From: Dehalococcoidia bacterium
Lineage (GTDB): Bacteria > Chloroflexota > Dehalococcoidia > UBA2979
Length of the DNA stretch: 64,000 nucleotides
Assembly: GCA_009692705.1 (NCBI GenBank)
Contig: SHYR01000001.1
Location: forward strand, 33,948 to 97,947
Reading direction: 5' to 3'
Shown here: one piece after another, positions 34,526-43,204 of the stretch
Layout: each line of letters begins with the position of its first letter
Numbering within the stretch: the stretch's first letter is position 1
The notes under the pieces: model-generated
The model's input: only the letters and a program-made list of their open reading frames with translations
Told to the model about the DNA's origin: nothing
Databases searched by the model: none
Translations under genes and position numbers: made by a program

Positions 34526-35284
34526 ATGGAACCGTTCAGACGCAACGTGCTGCCGGTGGTGGTGGGGATCGCGGCGCTGCTGGTCGCGGTCGCCTCGGTG
34601 GTCTACCTGGTGGACTGCGTCCGCGGACGCGACGACGGGGACGGCGAGCGCGATCGGCGGGAGTCGTTGCGCCTCGACCCGCAGCTGCTGCAGCTGCTGC
34701 AGCTGTTCGCGCGCGCCCGCGCCGACGCCGCCGCAGGCGCGGCGGCCCCCGCTCCCGGCCCAGACGCGGCGCCCGCACGCGCTCCCGGCCTGTTGCTGGG
34801 CGTGAGCGTGGCCGAGCAGGACGGGAAGCTGGTGGTGCAGCGCGTGCTGCCGAACACGCCGGCGGTGAAGGCCGGGGTGAAGGAGGGCGACCAGATCGCC
34901 GCGGTCGCCGATCAGGCCGTGACCAGCTTCGATGCGCTGCGGCAGGCCGTCCAGCAGCAGCCGCCCGGCAAGCAGTACGACCTCGCGGTGGTGCGCGGCA
35001 GCAAGCGCCTGACGCTCAAGGTCGACCGGCCGCAGGCGGTGCGTGCGGTCCCCGGCGCGGGGCCGCTGCGGCGGGGACCCGGAGCCGGCGCGCAGCCTGG
35101 TCAGCAGCCTGGTCAGCAGCCTGGTCAGCAGCCTGGTCAGCAGCCGGACCAGCAACGGCCGCGCTTCATGCCGGGCGCGCCGAACGCCCCGCGCGGCGGC
35201 GTGATGCCTGCGCCCTCGCCCTCGGGCGGCAGCAGCGGCCAGACGCTGGCGCTGCTTGTGCAGCCGCTGGCGGCGGGCGCCTGA
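34526..35284 (+). CDS. membrane-anchored PDZ-domain protein with C-terminal (QPGQ)n repeat
   Basis: N-terminal TM (VLPVVVGIAALLVAVASVVYLV) and a PDZ domain (GLLLGVSVAEQDGKLVVQRVLPNTPAVKAGVKEGDQIAAVADQAV...YDLAVVRGSKRLTLKV), followed by QPGQQPGQQPGQQPGQQPDQQ. Confidence 0.7.
   Translation: MEPFRRNVLPVVVGIAALLVAVASVVYLVDCVRGRDDGDGERDRRESLRLDPQLLQLLQLFARARADAAAGAAAPAPGPDAAPARAPGLLLGVSVAEQDGKLVVQRVLPNTPAVKAGVKEGDQIAAVADQAVTSFDALRQAVQQQPPGKQYDLAVVRGSKRLTLKVDRPQAVRAVPGAGPLRRGPGAGAQPGQQPGQQPGQQPGQQPDQQRPRFMPGAPNAPRGGVMPAPSPSGGSSGQTLALLVQPLAAGA
35093..35152 (+). repeat. 12-bp tandem repeat (cagcctggtcag) x4-5, coding for QPGQ repeats
   Basis: cagcctggtcagcagcctggtcagcagcctggtcagcagcctggtcagcagccggaccag, read directly from the sequence. 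Confidence 0.8.
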
Positions 35285-35587
35285 GCGGGCAATGCCTGCG
35301 GTGGGCCGCATGAGCCTCCGTGACTACTACTGGTCGCGTGGCCTGTGGGACAGATCTCGTCCGAACCGTGATGAGCGAATCGTGTTCTACTACAGACGAT
35401 CGGGGAGCCTGAACGTGTCTTCGATGAGCAGAGGCAGTAGATGCCTCCGGTCGTCACGGGCAGTAATGGCGACTATCCCTATGACGAATGAAAACACGTA
35501 ATCGTAGTTACGTGGTTTGCCTACGGAGACGATAGTGGCACTCACCTTGGCACCAATTGTGCCAAGTACTGCCTCGTTCTAGGCTAT

Positions 35588-36152
35588 GTGGCTTCCCCCC
35601 GCCAATGGACACTCTTTAGGTGGGAGTGGCGTCGGGCCCTCGGAGGCGTCCGAGAGTTCCACGCTGTCGAGTTCTTTCAGCGAGATCGTTGGAGATCCGA
35701 AACCAGCCACTATTACGGCTGGAACGACAAGAAGGCGCGCGCCTTCCTCAATAGATTACTTGCGGCTGTTCATCGGAATCGGTTGTGGCTCATAGGTGGT
35801 GCTGTCGACGTGGCGGCCTTCTTCAGTTATTCGGTTCCTGATCGGCGTTATCTGACCGGCGCGGCACATATCACAACGACTCACTGGCACAACGACGCGC
35901 TAGGGGTGGAGCACCAAGCTCATCGAGCACCAGAGTTCACCCGGGCGCCCGTATTTCATCGTGTTGCCTGGGTTCTTCGCTGAGGAAATGTCGGCGGCAC
36001 CGAACACACGGATTCATTTGGTTCTGGATTCGCAAGGTGATGCCGCGGTCCGTGCTAAGGAATACTTCGACCAGTTTAAGAAGAACGCGCCTGGCGCAGA
36101 GAGACTTGAGTCGCTTACCTGTACGTCGTCGTTGGCCGAAGTCGCGCTATAA
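35588..36152 (+). pseudogene. degraded ORF(s) of unknown family inside a low-GC island (two overlapping frames plus a downstream in-frame continuation)
   Basis: 35588..35983 (131 aa, GTG start) and 35961..36152 (63 aa) overlap in different frames. The second continues after its stop as AADMYSYVWHAKLMGKEMTGD... GC is clearly below genome average. No confident homology is visible by eye (a DUF3800-like C-terminal S-x-L-x-L-AD motif is possible but unsupported). Confidence 0.3.
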
Positions 36153-36506
36153 GCCGCAGACATGTACTCCTACGTCTGGCATGCGAAGCTGATGGGCAAG
36201 GAGATGACTGGCGACCGCGCACGCGCGTACGCTGTGCTCTCTCAAAAGAAACCCCAGATCGTTGCATCCGGGAAACGCTAGCTCAACAAACTACTGGCAA
36301 CGCGTGACGATGGGCATCGTGTAGCGGTTGAATGAGCGATGTTGCAGTTATGACGACGCCTTGACCGTTTCCACTCACGCTCGCGTTCGTCGAGTTTCGA
36401 TTTCGGTACTGGCGATGATCTGCCGCATTGCGCGCTCCTCGTCTTTTTCGGCGTCCTCGCGCTGCCCCCGACTGTGGCAACACGACGCCGCTGCGGTGTG
36501 CCGGCG

Positions 36507-38174
36507 CTAGCCGGCGTGGCCCCAGCGCAGCACCCAGTACTCGTAGGCGTCCTGTAGCGCGAGCCACGAGGCTTCGATCACGTCGGTCGAGGCGCCGACG
36601 GTGCGCCAGTGGTGCTGGCCGTCGGAGCACTCGATCAGCACGCGCACCGCGGCGTTCGCGCCCGCCCCCGGGTCGATGATGCGTACCTTGTAGTCGACCA
36701 GGTGCACGCCGGCGAGGCGGGGGAAGACCTCCTCCAGCGCGCGGTGCACGGCGGCATCGAGCGCGGAGACGGGGCCGTTGCCGTCGGCGGCGGTCTGGCT
36801 CAAGCGCTCGCCGACGCGCACCTTCACCATCGCCTCCGCCTGCATCTCGCGTTCGTCGTCGGGCCGGCGCGCGTTGTCGTGCAGGCGCCGGCGCTCGACG
36901 ATCAGGAAGTCCTCGAGCTCGAACGGCGCAACGTAGTGGTCGAGGCTGCGGCGCACCAGCAGCTCGAACGAGGCTTCGGCGGACTCGTACTGGAAGCCTT
37001 TCGCTTCCTGCTCCTTGACGCGCTGGAGCGCTGCGCGCACCTGCTCCTCGGTCAGCTCGATGTCCACGCCCTGCTCGCGCAGCTTGCTCGTGATGTTGCG
37101 CCGCCCGGCCAGCTCGGAGACCAGCACGCGCTCGCTGTTGCCGACCACCAGCGGGTTGACATGGGCATATGAGCCGGCGGACTTCGCGATCGCGGCGGCG
37201 TGCAGCCCCGCCTTGTGCGCGAAGGCGCTCACGCCGACGTAGGGCTGCTGCGGGTTGGGCGGGAGGTTCGCCAGCTCGGAGGCGAAGCGCGCCACCTCGG
37301 TTAGTCGCTGCAGCTGGTCGTCGCGCACCACGCGGATGCCGAGCTTCAGCTGTAGGTTCGCGATCACCGAGACGATGTTGGCGTTGCCGCAGCGCTCGCC
37401 CCAGCCGTTGAGGCACGCCTGCACCTGCGTGGCCCCGGCCTGCACCGCCAGCAACGTGTTCGCGACCGCGAGGTCGGCGTCGTTGTGCACGTGGATGCCG
37501 ATCGCGCAGCGCACCGCCGCACGGGCGGCCGTCACCCCTTCGACGATCGCGCCCGGCAGCGAGCCGCCGTTGGTGTCGCAGAGCGTGACAGTGCTCGCTC
37601 CGCCGCGCTCGGCGGCGCGCAGCGTGGCGAGCGCGTAGGCGGGGTTGGCGGCGTAGCCGTCGAAGAAATGCTCGGCGTCGAACACCAGCTCGCGGCCGTG
37701 GCCGGTGAGGTGGTGCACCGAGTCCTCGATCATGGCGAGGTTCTCCTCCTCGGTCGTCTCGAGCACGTCACGCACCTGCGACGCCGAGGACTTGCCGACG
37801 AGGGTGATCACGGGCGTCTCCGCCTCCAGCACCGAGCGCAGCGCCGCGTCGGTGGCCGCGTCGCCGCCCGCTCGGCGCGTGGAGCCGAACGCCACCAGCC
37901 GCGCGTGCTGGAGCTGGAGCGAGCGGGCGCGCCGGAAGAACTCCGCGTCCTTCGGGTTGGAGCCAGGGTAGCCGCCCTCGATGTAGTGCACGCCCAGTTC
38001 GTCGAGCTTCTGCGCGATCGTGAGCTTGTCCTCGAGCGAGAGGCTGAGGCCCTCCATCCCGAGACCGTCACGCAGCGTGGTGTCGTACAGCACGATGCCG
38101 CCGGGGGCGCCGGGGGCGCCGGGGGCGCCGGGGGCGTCGGGGGCGTCGGGGGTCGGGCGGTCGGTGGTCGTCAT
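36507..38174 (-). CDS. cimA: (R)-citramalate synthase (LeuA-family, CimA type) with N-terminal PDAPGAPG low-complexity extension
   Basis: LYDTTLRDGLGMEGLSLSLEDKLTIAQKLDELGVHYIEGGYPGSNPKD...CDTNGG...IHVHNDADLAVANTL and the C-terminal LeuA_dimer regulatory domain closely parallel Geobacter/Leptospira CimA (LYDTTLRDGTQ...YIEGGWPGSNPKD). It is distinct from the canonical leuA at 46874. Confidence 0.8.
   Translation of the reverse strand: MTTTDRPTPDAPDAPGAPGAPGAPGGIVLYDTTLRDGLGMEGLSLSLEDKLTIAQKLDELGVHYIEGGYPGSNPKDAEFFRRARSLQLQHARLVAFGSTRRAGGDAATDAALRSVLEAETPVITLVGKSSASQVRDVLETTEEENLAMIEDSVHHLTGHGRELVFDAEHFFDGYAANPAYALATLRAAERGGASTVTLCDTNGGSLPGAIVEGVTAARAAVRCAIGIHVHNDADLAVANTLLAVQAGATQVQACLNGWGERCGNANIVSVIANLQLKLGIRVVRDDQLQRLTEVARFASELANLPPNPQQPYVGVSAFAHKAGLHAAAIAKSAGSYAHVNPLVVGNSERVLVSELAGRRNITSKLREQGVDIELTEEQVRAALQRVKEQEAKGFQYESAEASFELLVRRSLDHYVAPFELEDFLIVERRRLHDNARRPDDEREMQAEAMVKVRVGERLSQTAADGNGPVSALDAAVHRALEEVFPRLAGVHLVDYKVRIIDPGAGANAAVRVLIECSDGQHHWRTVGASTDVIEASWLALQDAYEYWVLRWGHAG
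38097..38154 (-). repeat. 9-bp tandem repeat (gccgggggc/gtcgggggc x5) at the 5' end of cimA, coding for PDAPGAPGAPGAPGG
   Basis: Forward strand gccgggggcgccgggggcgccgggggcgccgggggcgtcgggggcgtcggggg, read directly. Confidence 0.8.
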
Positions 38175-38453
38175 GGCTTCGTTCCACTGTCAGCGGTCGG
38201 CGTGATGGCAGGCAAAAGCCGGCGCTCCGACGGTCGTCGGCCCGCGGTAATGTGGCGGGTCGGTCGGAGGCCGGGACTCAGGCGCGCGCAATGGCGGCCG
38301 CCGGTCGCGATGGACCGGCGACGGGTATCGCCTTCGGATGCGTGGCGCATGGTTCCGAGTGCACGATATGTCATTCTATGCGGCGGCCGCGCAGGGCCGC
38401 AAACACTGGATCACCCCTACTGGACGCGGCGTGCAGGTTCGGGAGCGAGCACG

Positions 38454-38964
38454 ATGGCGGAGCCTCCGGGCGGGCACGGCGGGCGGGGGAACCAGATCCT
38501 CCGCCCCGGCGCGCGTGCGATCCTGCTGGACGCCCGCGACCGCCTGCTGCTGTTCCGTACCCGCGTGCCGGGCGGCGCGGTCGAGGCGTGGATCACGCCG
38601 GGCGGCGGACTGGAGCCGGGTGAGAGCCACGAAGCGGCCGCGCGGCGCGAGCTATGGGAAGAGACCGGGCTGCGCGACGCGGCGCTGGGGCCGTGGGTGT
38701 GGTCGCGGCGCCAGAGCTGGCGCTGGGGCGAGACGTGGTACGACTCCCCGGAGCGGTTTTTCCTGGTGCGGGTCGGGCGGCTCGACGTGCGGCCGCAGCA
38801 ACTGGGGGGCGATGGAGCGCGAATCGCTGCTCGAGCACCGCTGGTGGAGCGTGGCGGAGATCGCCGCGTCGAGCGACGTCTTTATCCCGCGCGACCTCGC
38901 GCGGCTGCTGTCGCTGCTGGTCGCAGGCGAGCTGCCGGGCGAGCCGCTGACCGTGGGCGAGTAG
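38454..38964 (+). pseudogene. NUDIX hydrolase gene disrupted by a frameshift at a G6 run (about 38804..38809)
   Basis: The ATG 38454 frame encodes MAEPPGG...GGGLEPGESHEAAARRELWEETGL (Nudix box)...ERFFLVRVGRLDVRPQQLGG. The family-typical C-terminus MERESLLEHRWWSVAEIAASSDVFIPRDLARLLSLLVAGELPGEPLTVGE* is in the +1 frame. The two frames meet at caactggggggcgatgg. Confidence 0.6.
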
Positions 38965-39083
38965 GGCGCTAGCCTGCGAGGCGGTCGAGCACGCTCTCGG
39001 CCATTTCGCGCGTGCCGATCGCGCGCTCGCCGGGGGCGGCGAGGTCGGGCGTGCGTAGGCCGTCGGCGATCGCGCGGGCGGTG
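38923..39083. repeat. 161-bp direct repeat, copy A (NUDIX 3' end plus a detached 3' fragment of leuB)
   Basis: Identical except for 2 mismatches to 41839..41999. It contains the NUDIX C-terminal codons AGELPGEPLTVGE* and, on the minus strand, the last ~38 codons of leuB (...[16 protein letters not shown]). Confidence 0.85.
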
Positions 39084-39158
39084 GGCGAAGCACGGCTGTG
39101 GTAGGCTGCGCCCGATCTGACCACCGGCCGTGGGTGTCACGAGCGAGGAGGGACTGGG

Positions 39159-40928
39159 ATGCACGAGTCGAACTACTGGACGAAGAAGAGCGTGGGGCGG
39201 CGCGCGGTGCTGCGCGGTTCCGGGCTCGGGATCGCCGGCCTCGCCGGCGCGGCGCTGATCGGCTGCGGCAGCGGGGAGGAGGCAGCCCCTGCGACCGCGG
39301 CGACCGCGGCGACTGCGGCGACCGGGGCGACCCCAGCACCAGCGGCGACGGTGACTGAGGCGCAGAAGAGGGGCGGCTACTTCAAGGGCATTGTTGCCCA
39401 GGGCTACAATCCGACGAACATCGACCCGTACACCACACCAGCTGGCAGCGTGTATAACGTCCAGGGGAACTCGTGGTACGAGTCGCTGATCGATCCTGAC
39501 CTTACGAACGTGGATTGGGTGAGGAACTACAAGCTGACGCCGAAGCTCGCCGAAAAATGGGAGCAGCCGGATCCAGCGACTTATCTCTTCACCGTCCGGC
39601 CCGGTGTGAAGTTCCACAACGGCTCGACGTTGACGGCCGAGGACGTCGCGTACAGCTATGGGAGATGGAACGAGCTGGGGGCTAACCCGAACACGGCGGC
39701 GCTGAGTCGAGACGTCAAGTCAATAGACGCGATTGATGCAAAGACGTTTCGCGCGGTTGCGAAAAAGCCCGACGTGGATTTCATCGAGAATTTCAACGGG
39801 AATGTCAGGTTGGGCACCGGTATCATGCCGAGGAGCGCCGCTACCGCCGGCGTCGACTTCAAGAAGACGGTGGTCGGGACTGGGCCTTTCAGGCTCCAGC
39901 GCTACCAGGCGGACGGCACCGCACTCGCTGTTCGCTTCGACGAGTACTGGCAGGCGGGCAGACCGTATCTCGACGGTATCCACCTCGTGATGGGCGCGGA
40001 CGACGCGACGATCTCGGCCGCCTTCATCGCGCGCGAGGTCGATGCCGTGACCCGGCCGGATCGCCTGCAGGCGGATCCGATCCGCAAGGCGGTGCCCGAT
40101 GCCGAGGTGGTGACGTGGGCTGGCGACAACGTTTACGGGCTGAGCCTGAATGTGGGCCGGGCGCCCTACAGTGATGTCCGGGTCCGGCGCGCGCTTCACC
40201 TCGCGCTCGATCGCCCGGGCATCGAGGCCCTGGTGTCCTTCGGCGATGGCCTGATCAGCGGCCCGCTGATCATCGAGCGAGCGGGCTACACCATGACGCA
40301 TGCTGAGCTGCTCGCGCAGCCCGGTTATCGCACGCCGAAGGATGCGGACATCGCGGAGGCGCTGAAGCTGCTCGACGCCGCCGGCTACAAGGGAGGGTTC
40401 AAGGCGGAGTTCATGTCCAACCCCGCCACGGCTGCCGCGACCGGGGCATTTGCTGAGGCGATACAGGCGCAACTGAAGAAGACACTGTCGATAGACACTA
40501 GGCTGGTGCCCGTGGAAGGTGCGGCGTTCACCGCGCGGCGCAACACCAGCGGCGACTTCGATCTGGTGATCGAACTGCCCGCCGGTGTCGCCCGGCCTGG
40601 CGTCAGGGTGCAGAGCATATATTCCACCAACGCGGCTCCGAAAGCCGCCGGCTGGAAGGACACCGAACTCGACTCGCTGATCGACGCGCAACGGCTGGAG
40701 TTCGACGACAAGGCACGCGGCGCGATCTTCCAGAAGATCGAGCGCAAGCTGCTTGACCTGGCATGGTTCCTGGGCATTTCGGCGGGTCCGTATTTCGGCC
40801 TGCGGCAGCCATGGGTCCGCGACTACCGGGACAACCGCGCCCGAATAACGGCACTCACGAATCCGAGCTGGGTCTGGCTGGACTTGAACAAGGCGCCCGC
40901 CAATCGTAAGTCGCAGCCTGCATCGTAG
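39159..40928 (+). CDS. ABC substrate-binding protein family 5 (peptide/nickel/opine type), Tat-signal lipoprotein, orphan (no cognate permease or ATPase nearby)
   Basis: Twin-arginine motif and lipobox (GRRAVLRGSGLGIAGLAGAALIGC). The SBP_bac_5 fold is present throughout (KFHNGSTLTAEDVAYSY...). GC is lower than in neighbouring genes. Confidence 0.85.
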   Translation: MHESNYWTKKSVGRRAVLRGSGLGIAGLAGAALIGCGSGEEAAPATAATAATAATGATPAPAATVTEAQKRGGYFKGIVAQGYNPTNIDPYTTPAGSVYNVQGNSWYESLIDPDLTNVDWVRNYKLTPKLAEKWEQPDPATYLFTVRPGVKFHNGSTLTAEDVAYSYGRWNELGANPNTAALSRDVKSIDAIDAKTFRAVAKKPDVDFIENFNGNVRLGTGIMPRSAATAGVDFKKTVVGTGPFRLQRYQADGTALAVRFDEYWQAGRPYLDGIHLVMGADDATISAAFIAREVDAVTRPDRLQADPIRKAVPDAEVVTWAGDNVYGLSLNVGRAPYSDVRVRRALHLALDRPGIEALVSFGDGLISGPLIIERAGYTMTHAELLAQPGYRTPKDADIAEALKLLDAAGYKGGFKAEFMSNPATAAATGAFAEAIQAQLKKTLSIDTRLVPVEGAAFTARRNTSGDFDLVIELPAGVARPGVRVQSIYSTNAAPKAAGWKDTELDSLIDAQRLEFDDKARGAIFQKIERKLLDLAWFLGISAGPYFGLRQPWVRDYRDNRARITALTNPSWVWLDLNKAPANRKSQPAS

Positions 40929-41023
40929 GGCGGGCGAGCTCATCACTGACGCCGCCAGTACGAGCTGGACGGCGATCTGAAGCGGCCGTAACTGCCGCGC
41001 CACTGTCCGAGAGGAGCCGCAAG

Positions 41024-41824
41024 ATGCCGATCGTTCGCGTCAACGGGATCGATCTCTTCTACCAGCAAGACGACTTCTGCGATCCGTGGGCTGCACACGA
41101 CACGGTGTTCATTCAGCACGGCTTCTGCCGGAATTCAAACTTCTGGTACGCGTGGGTTCCGTGGCTCGCGAGACACTTCCGTGTGATCAGGATGGATCTC
41201 AGGGGATGCGGTCGCAGCGGCGATCCCGGCCCGGACTACAAGTTCACCGGCCCGGGCTTCATCAGCGATTTCACCGGCTTCCTGGATGCCGTGAAGGTGG
41301 ACCGGGTCCACTACATCGGGGAAGCGCTCGGCGGGATCATTGGAGTGGCCTCGGCCGTGGCGCACCCTGAGCGGTTCAAGAGCCTGACGATCGTGGGCGG
41401 AGCCATCCAGAAGGTCACAGGCAACCCGCTGATGGGAAGAGCCGGCTACTCAAGCTGGGAGGAGACCGTCCAAGACGTGAAGGCGAACGGGATGAAACAC
41501 TGGTGGATGAAGTCGCGTGGCCGTGCCGGCGAACTTACCGGCAATGCCGCTATGGATGACTATTTCGCCAGCGAATTCGCCCGCACTCCAGTGCATGTGG
41601 CTTTGGCTCTCTCGCAGGCCGCACCCACCATCGATAACACAAAGGCGCTGACACAGCTTTCAGTCCCGACGCTCATTCTTTCGCGGACCCAGCAGGGACT
41701 GATCCCCGGTGCGAGAGAAATGGTCTATCCGGAGGCTAGCTCGGTCGGAGCAGCGGCGTTCTACCTGATGGCCGACAGGCTGGCGCAGGATACCGCAGCT
41801 TTCCTGCAGGAAATCTCGCGATGA
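41024..41824 (+). CDS. alpha/beta hydrolase fold protein with nucleophile Ser replaced by Ala (G-E-A-L-G in place of G-x-S-x-G)
   Basis: GAGAGGAG RBS 7 nt upstream. The alignment around the nucleophile elbow is VHYIGEALGGIIGVASAVAHPERFKSLTIVGG versus canonical v.lvGHSMGG..A...A...P.rv..L.L. Lowest GC in the region (about 58%). Confidence 0.75.
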   Translation: MPIVRVNGIDLFYQQDDFCDPWAAHDTVFIQHGFCRNSNFWYAWVPWLARHFRVIRMDLRGCGRSGDPGPDYKFTGPGFISDFTGFLDAVKVDRVHYIGEALGGIIGVASAVAHPERFKSLTIVGGAIQKVTGNPLMGRAGYSSWEETVQDVKANGMKHWWMKSRGRAGELTGNAAMDDYFASEFARTPVHVALALSQAAPTIDNTKALTQLSVPTLILSRTQQGLIPGAREMVYPEASSVGAAAFYLMADRLAQDTAAFLQEISR

Positions 41825-41838
41825 TGTTGGCGACGACG

Positions 41839-41999
41839 GCAGGCGAGCTGCCGGGCGAGCCGCTGACCGTGGGCGAGTAGGGCGCTAGCCTGCGAGGCGG
41901 TCGAGCACGCTCTCGGCCATTTCGCGCGTGCCGATCGCGTGCTCGCCGGGGGCGGCGAGGTCGGGCGTGCGCAGGCCGTCGGCGATCGCGCGGGCGGCG
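41839..41999. repeat. 161-bp direct repeat, copy B (contiguous with the intact leuB 3' end; carries a displaced copy of the NUDIX last 13 codons fused to the hydrolase gene's downstream region)
   Basis: See copy A. Sequence caggcgagctgccgggcgagccgctgaccgtgggcgagtagggcgctagcctgcgaggcggtcgagcacgctctcggccatttcgcgcgtgccgatcgcg... Confidence 0.85.
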
Positions 42000-42979
42000 G
42001 CGGCCTCTACTGCCTGCGCCTCGCGTTCGAGGCCGCAGGAGTAGCGCAGCAACATCGCCGCGCACAGCATCGTCGCCAGCGGGTTGGCGATCCCCTGGCC
42101 CGCGATGTCGGGCGCGGAGCCGTGGATCGGCTCGTACATCCCCAGCCCGGTGCCGTCGGCGCGCAGCTGCCCGAGCGACGCGGAGGGCAGCATCCCCAGC
42201 GACCCGGTGAGCATCGAGGCCTCATCGGTCAGGATGTCGCCGAAGAGGTTGGTGGTGATCACCACGTCGAAGTCGCGCGGGCGACGCAGCAGGTGCATCG
42301 CCGCGGCGTCCACTAGCAGGTTCTCGAACTGCACGTCGGGGTACTCGGGGCGGACCTCCGACACCACCGCGCGCCAGAGCCGCGACGACTCCAGCACGTT
42401 CGCCTTGTCGACGCTGGTGACCTTGCCGCGGCGCTCGCGCGCGAGCTTGAAGCCGAGGTGGGCCACCCTCGCCACCTCGTCCTCGTTGTAGTACATCGTG
42501 TCGATTGCCTCGCGGCGCCCGCGCACCACACGGCGCTCCTGCGGCTTGCCGAAGTAGACGTCGCTGGTGAGCTCCCGGATGAACAGGATGTCCACGCCCT
42601 CGATCACCTCGCGCTTGAGCGTCGAGGCGTCCGCGAGCGTGGGGTCGACCTTGACCGGGCGCAGGTTCGCCCACAGCCCGAGCTCGGAGCGCAGCGCGAG
42701 CAGCCCCTGCTCGGGGCGTACCGGCGCCGCGGGGTCCGACCACCGGGGTCCGCCGACCGCACCGAACAGCACCGCGTCCGACGCGCGAGCGGCCGCGATC
42801 GTCTGTGGCCGGATCGCGATGCCATGCGCGTCGATCGAGGCGCCGCCGACGATGTCCTCGCTGAACGCGAAGCGGTGACCGAAGCGCCTGCCGATCGCCT
42901 CGAGCAATCGCACGCCCTCGGCCGTCACCTCGGGGCCGATGCCGTCGCCGGGAAGCACCAGGATCGTGTAGTCGGTCAT
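41885..42979 (-). CDS. leuB: 3-isopropylmalate dehydrogenase
   Basis: Start at ATG 42979 ([18 protein letters not shown]...). Classic IMDH motifs ([26 protein letters not shown]). The upstream part of the track ORF is artefact. Confidence 0.9.
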   Translation of the reverse strand: MTDYTILVLPGDGIGPEVTAEGVRLLEAIGRRFGHRFAFSEDIVGGASIDAHGIAIRPQTIAAARASDAVLFGAVGGPRWSDPAAPVRPEQGLLALRSELGLWANLRPVKVDPTLADASTLKREVIEGVDILFIRELTSDVYFGKPQERRVVRGRREAIDTMYYNEDEVARVAHLGFKLARERRGKVTSVDKANVLESSRLWRAVVSEVRPEYPDVQFENLLVDAAAMHLLRRPRDFDVVITTNLFGDILTDEASMLTGSLGMLPSASLGQLRADGTGLGMYEPIHGSAPDIAGQGIANPLATMLCAAMLLRYSCGLEREAQAVEAAAARAIADGLRTPDLAAPGEHAIGTREMAESVLDRLAG

Positions 42980-43204
42980 GTCGCCCGCCGTCCGCAGCTC
43001 GCAGCATTGATCGCGGCGAGCGTGTGTGGCGAGAGTGTAACGGGTCGCGACGCGTCGGGCGGACCGCAAAAAATCGCCGCACGCCGCGCATCGGTTCGCG
43101 CCATCACGTATGTGACGTGCGATACTCGGCACGCGGTCCACAGTGGGACCGCGGTCGATCGCACAGGGACGACCGGCCGCGACACGGAAGGAGCGACCGG
43201 TATC

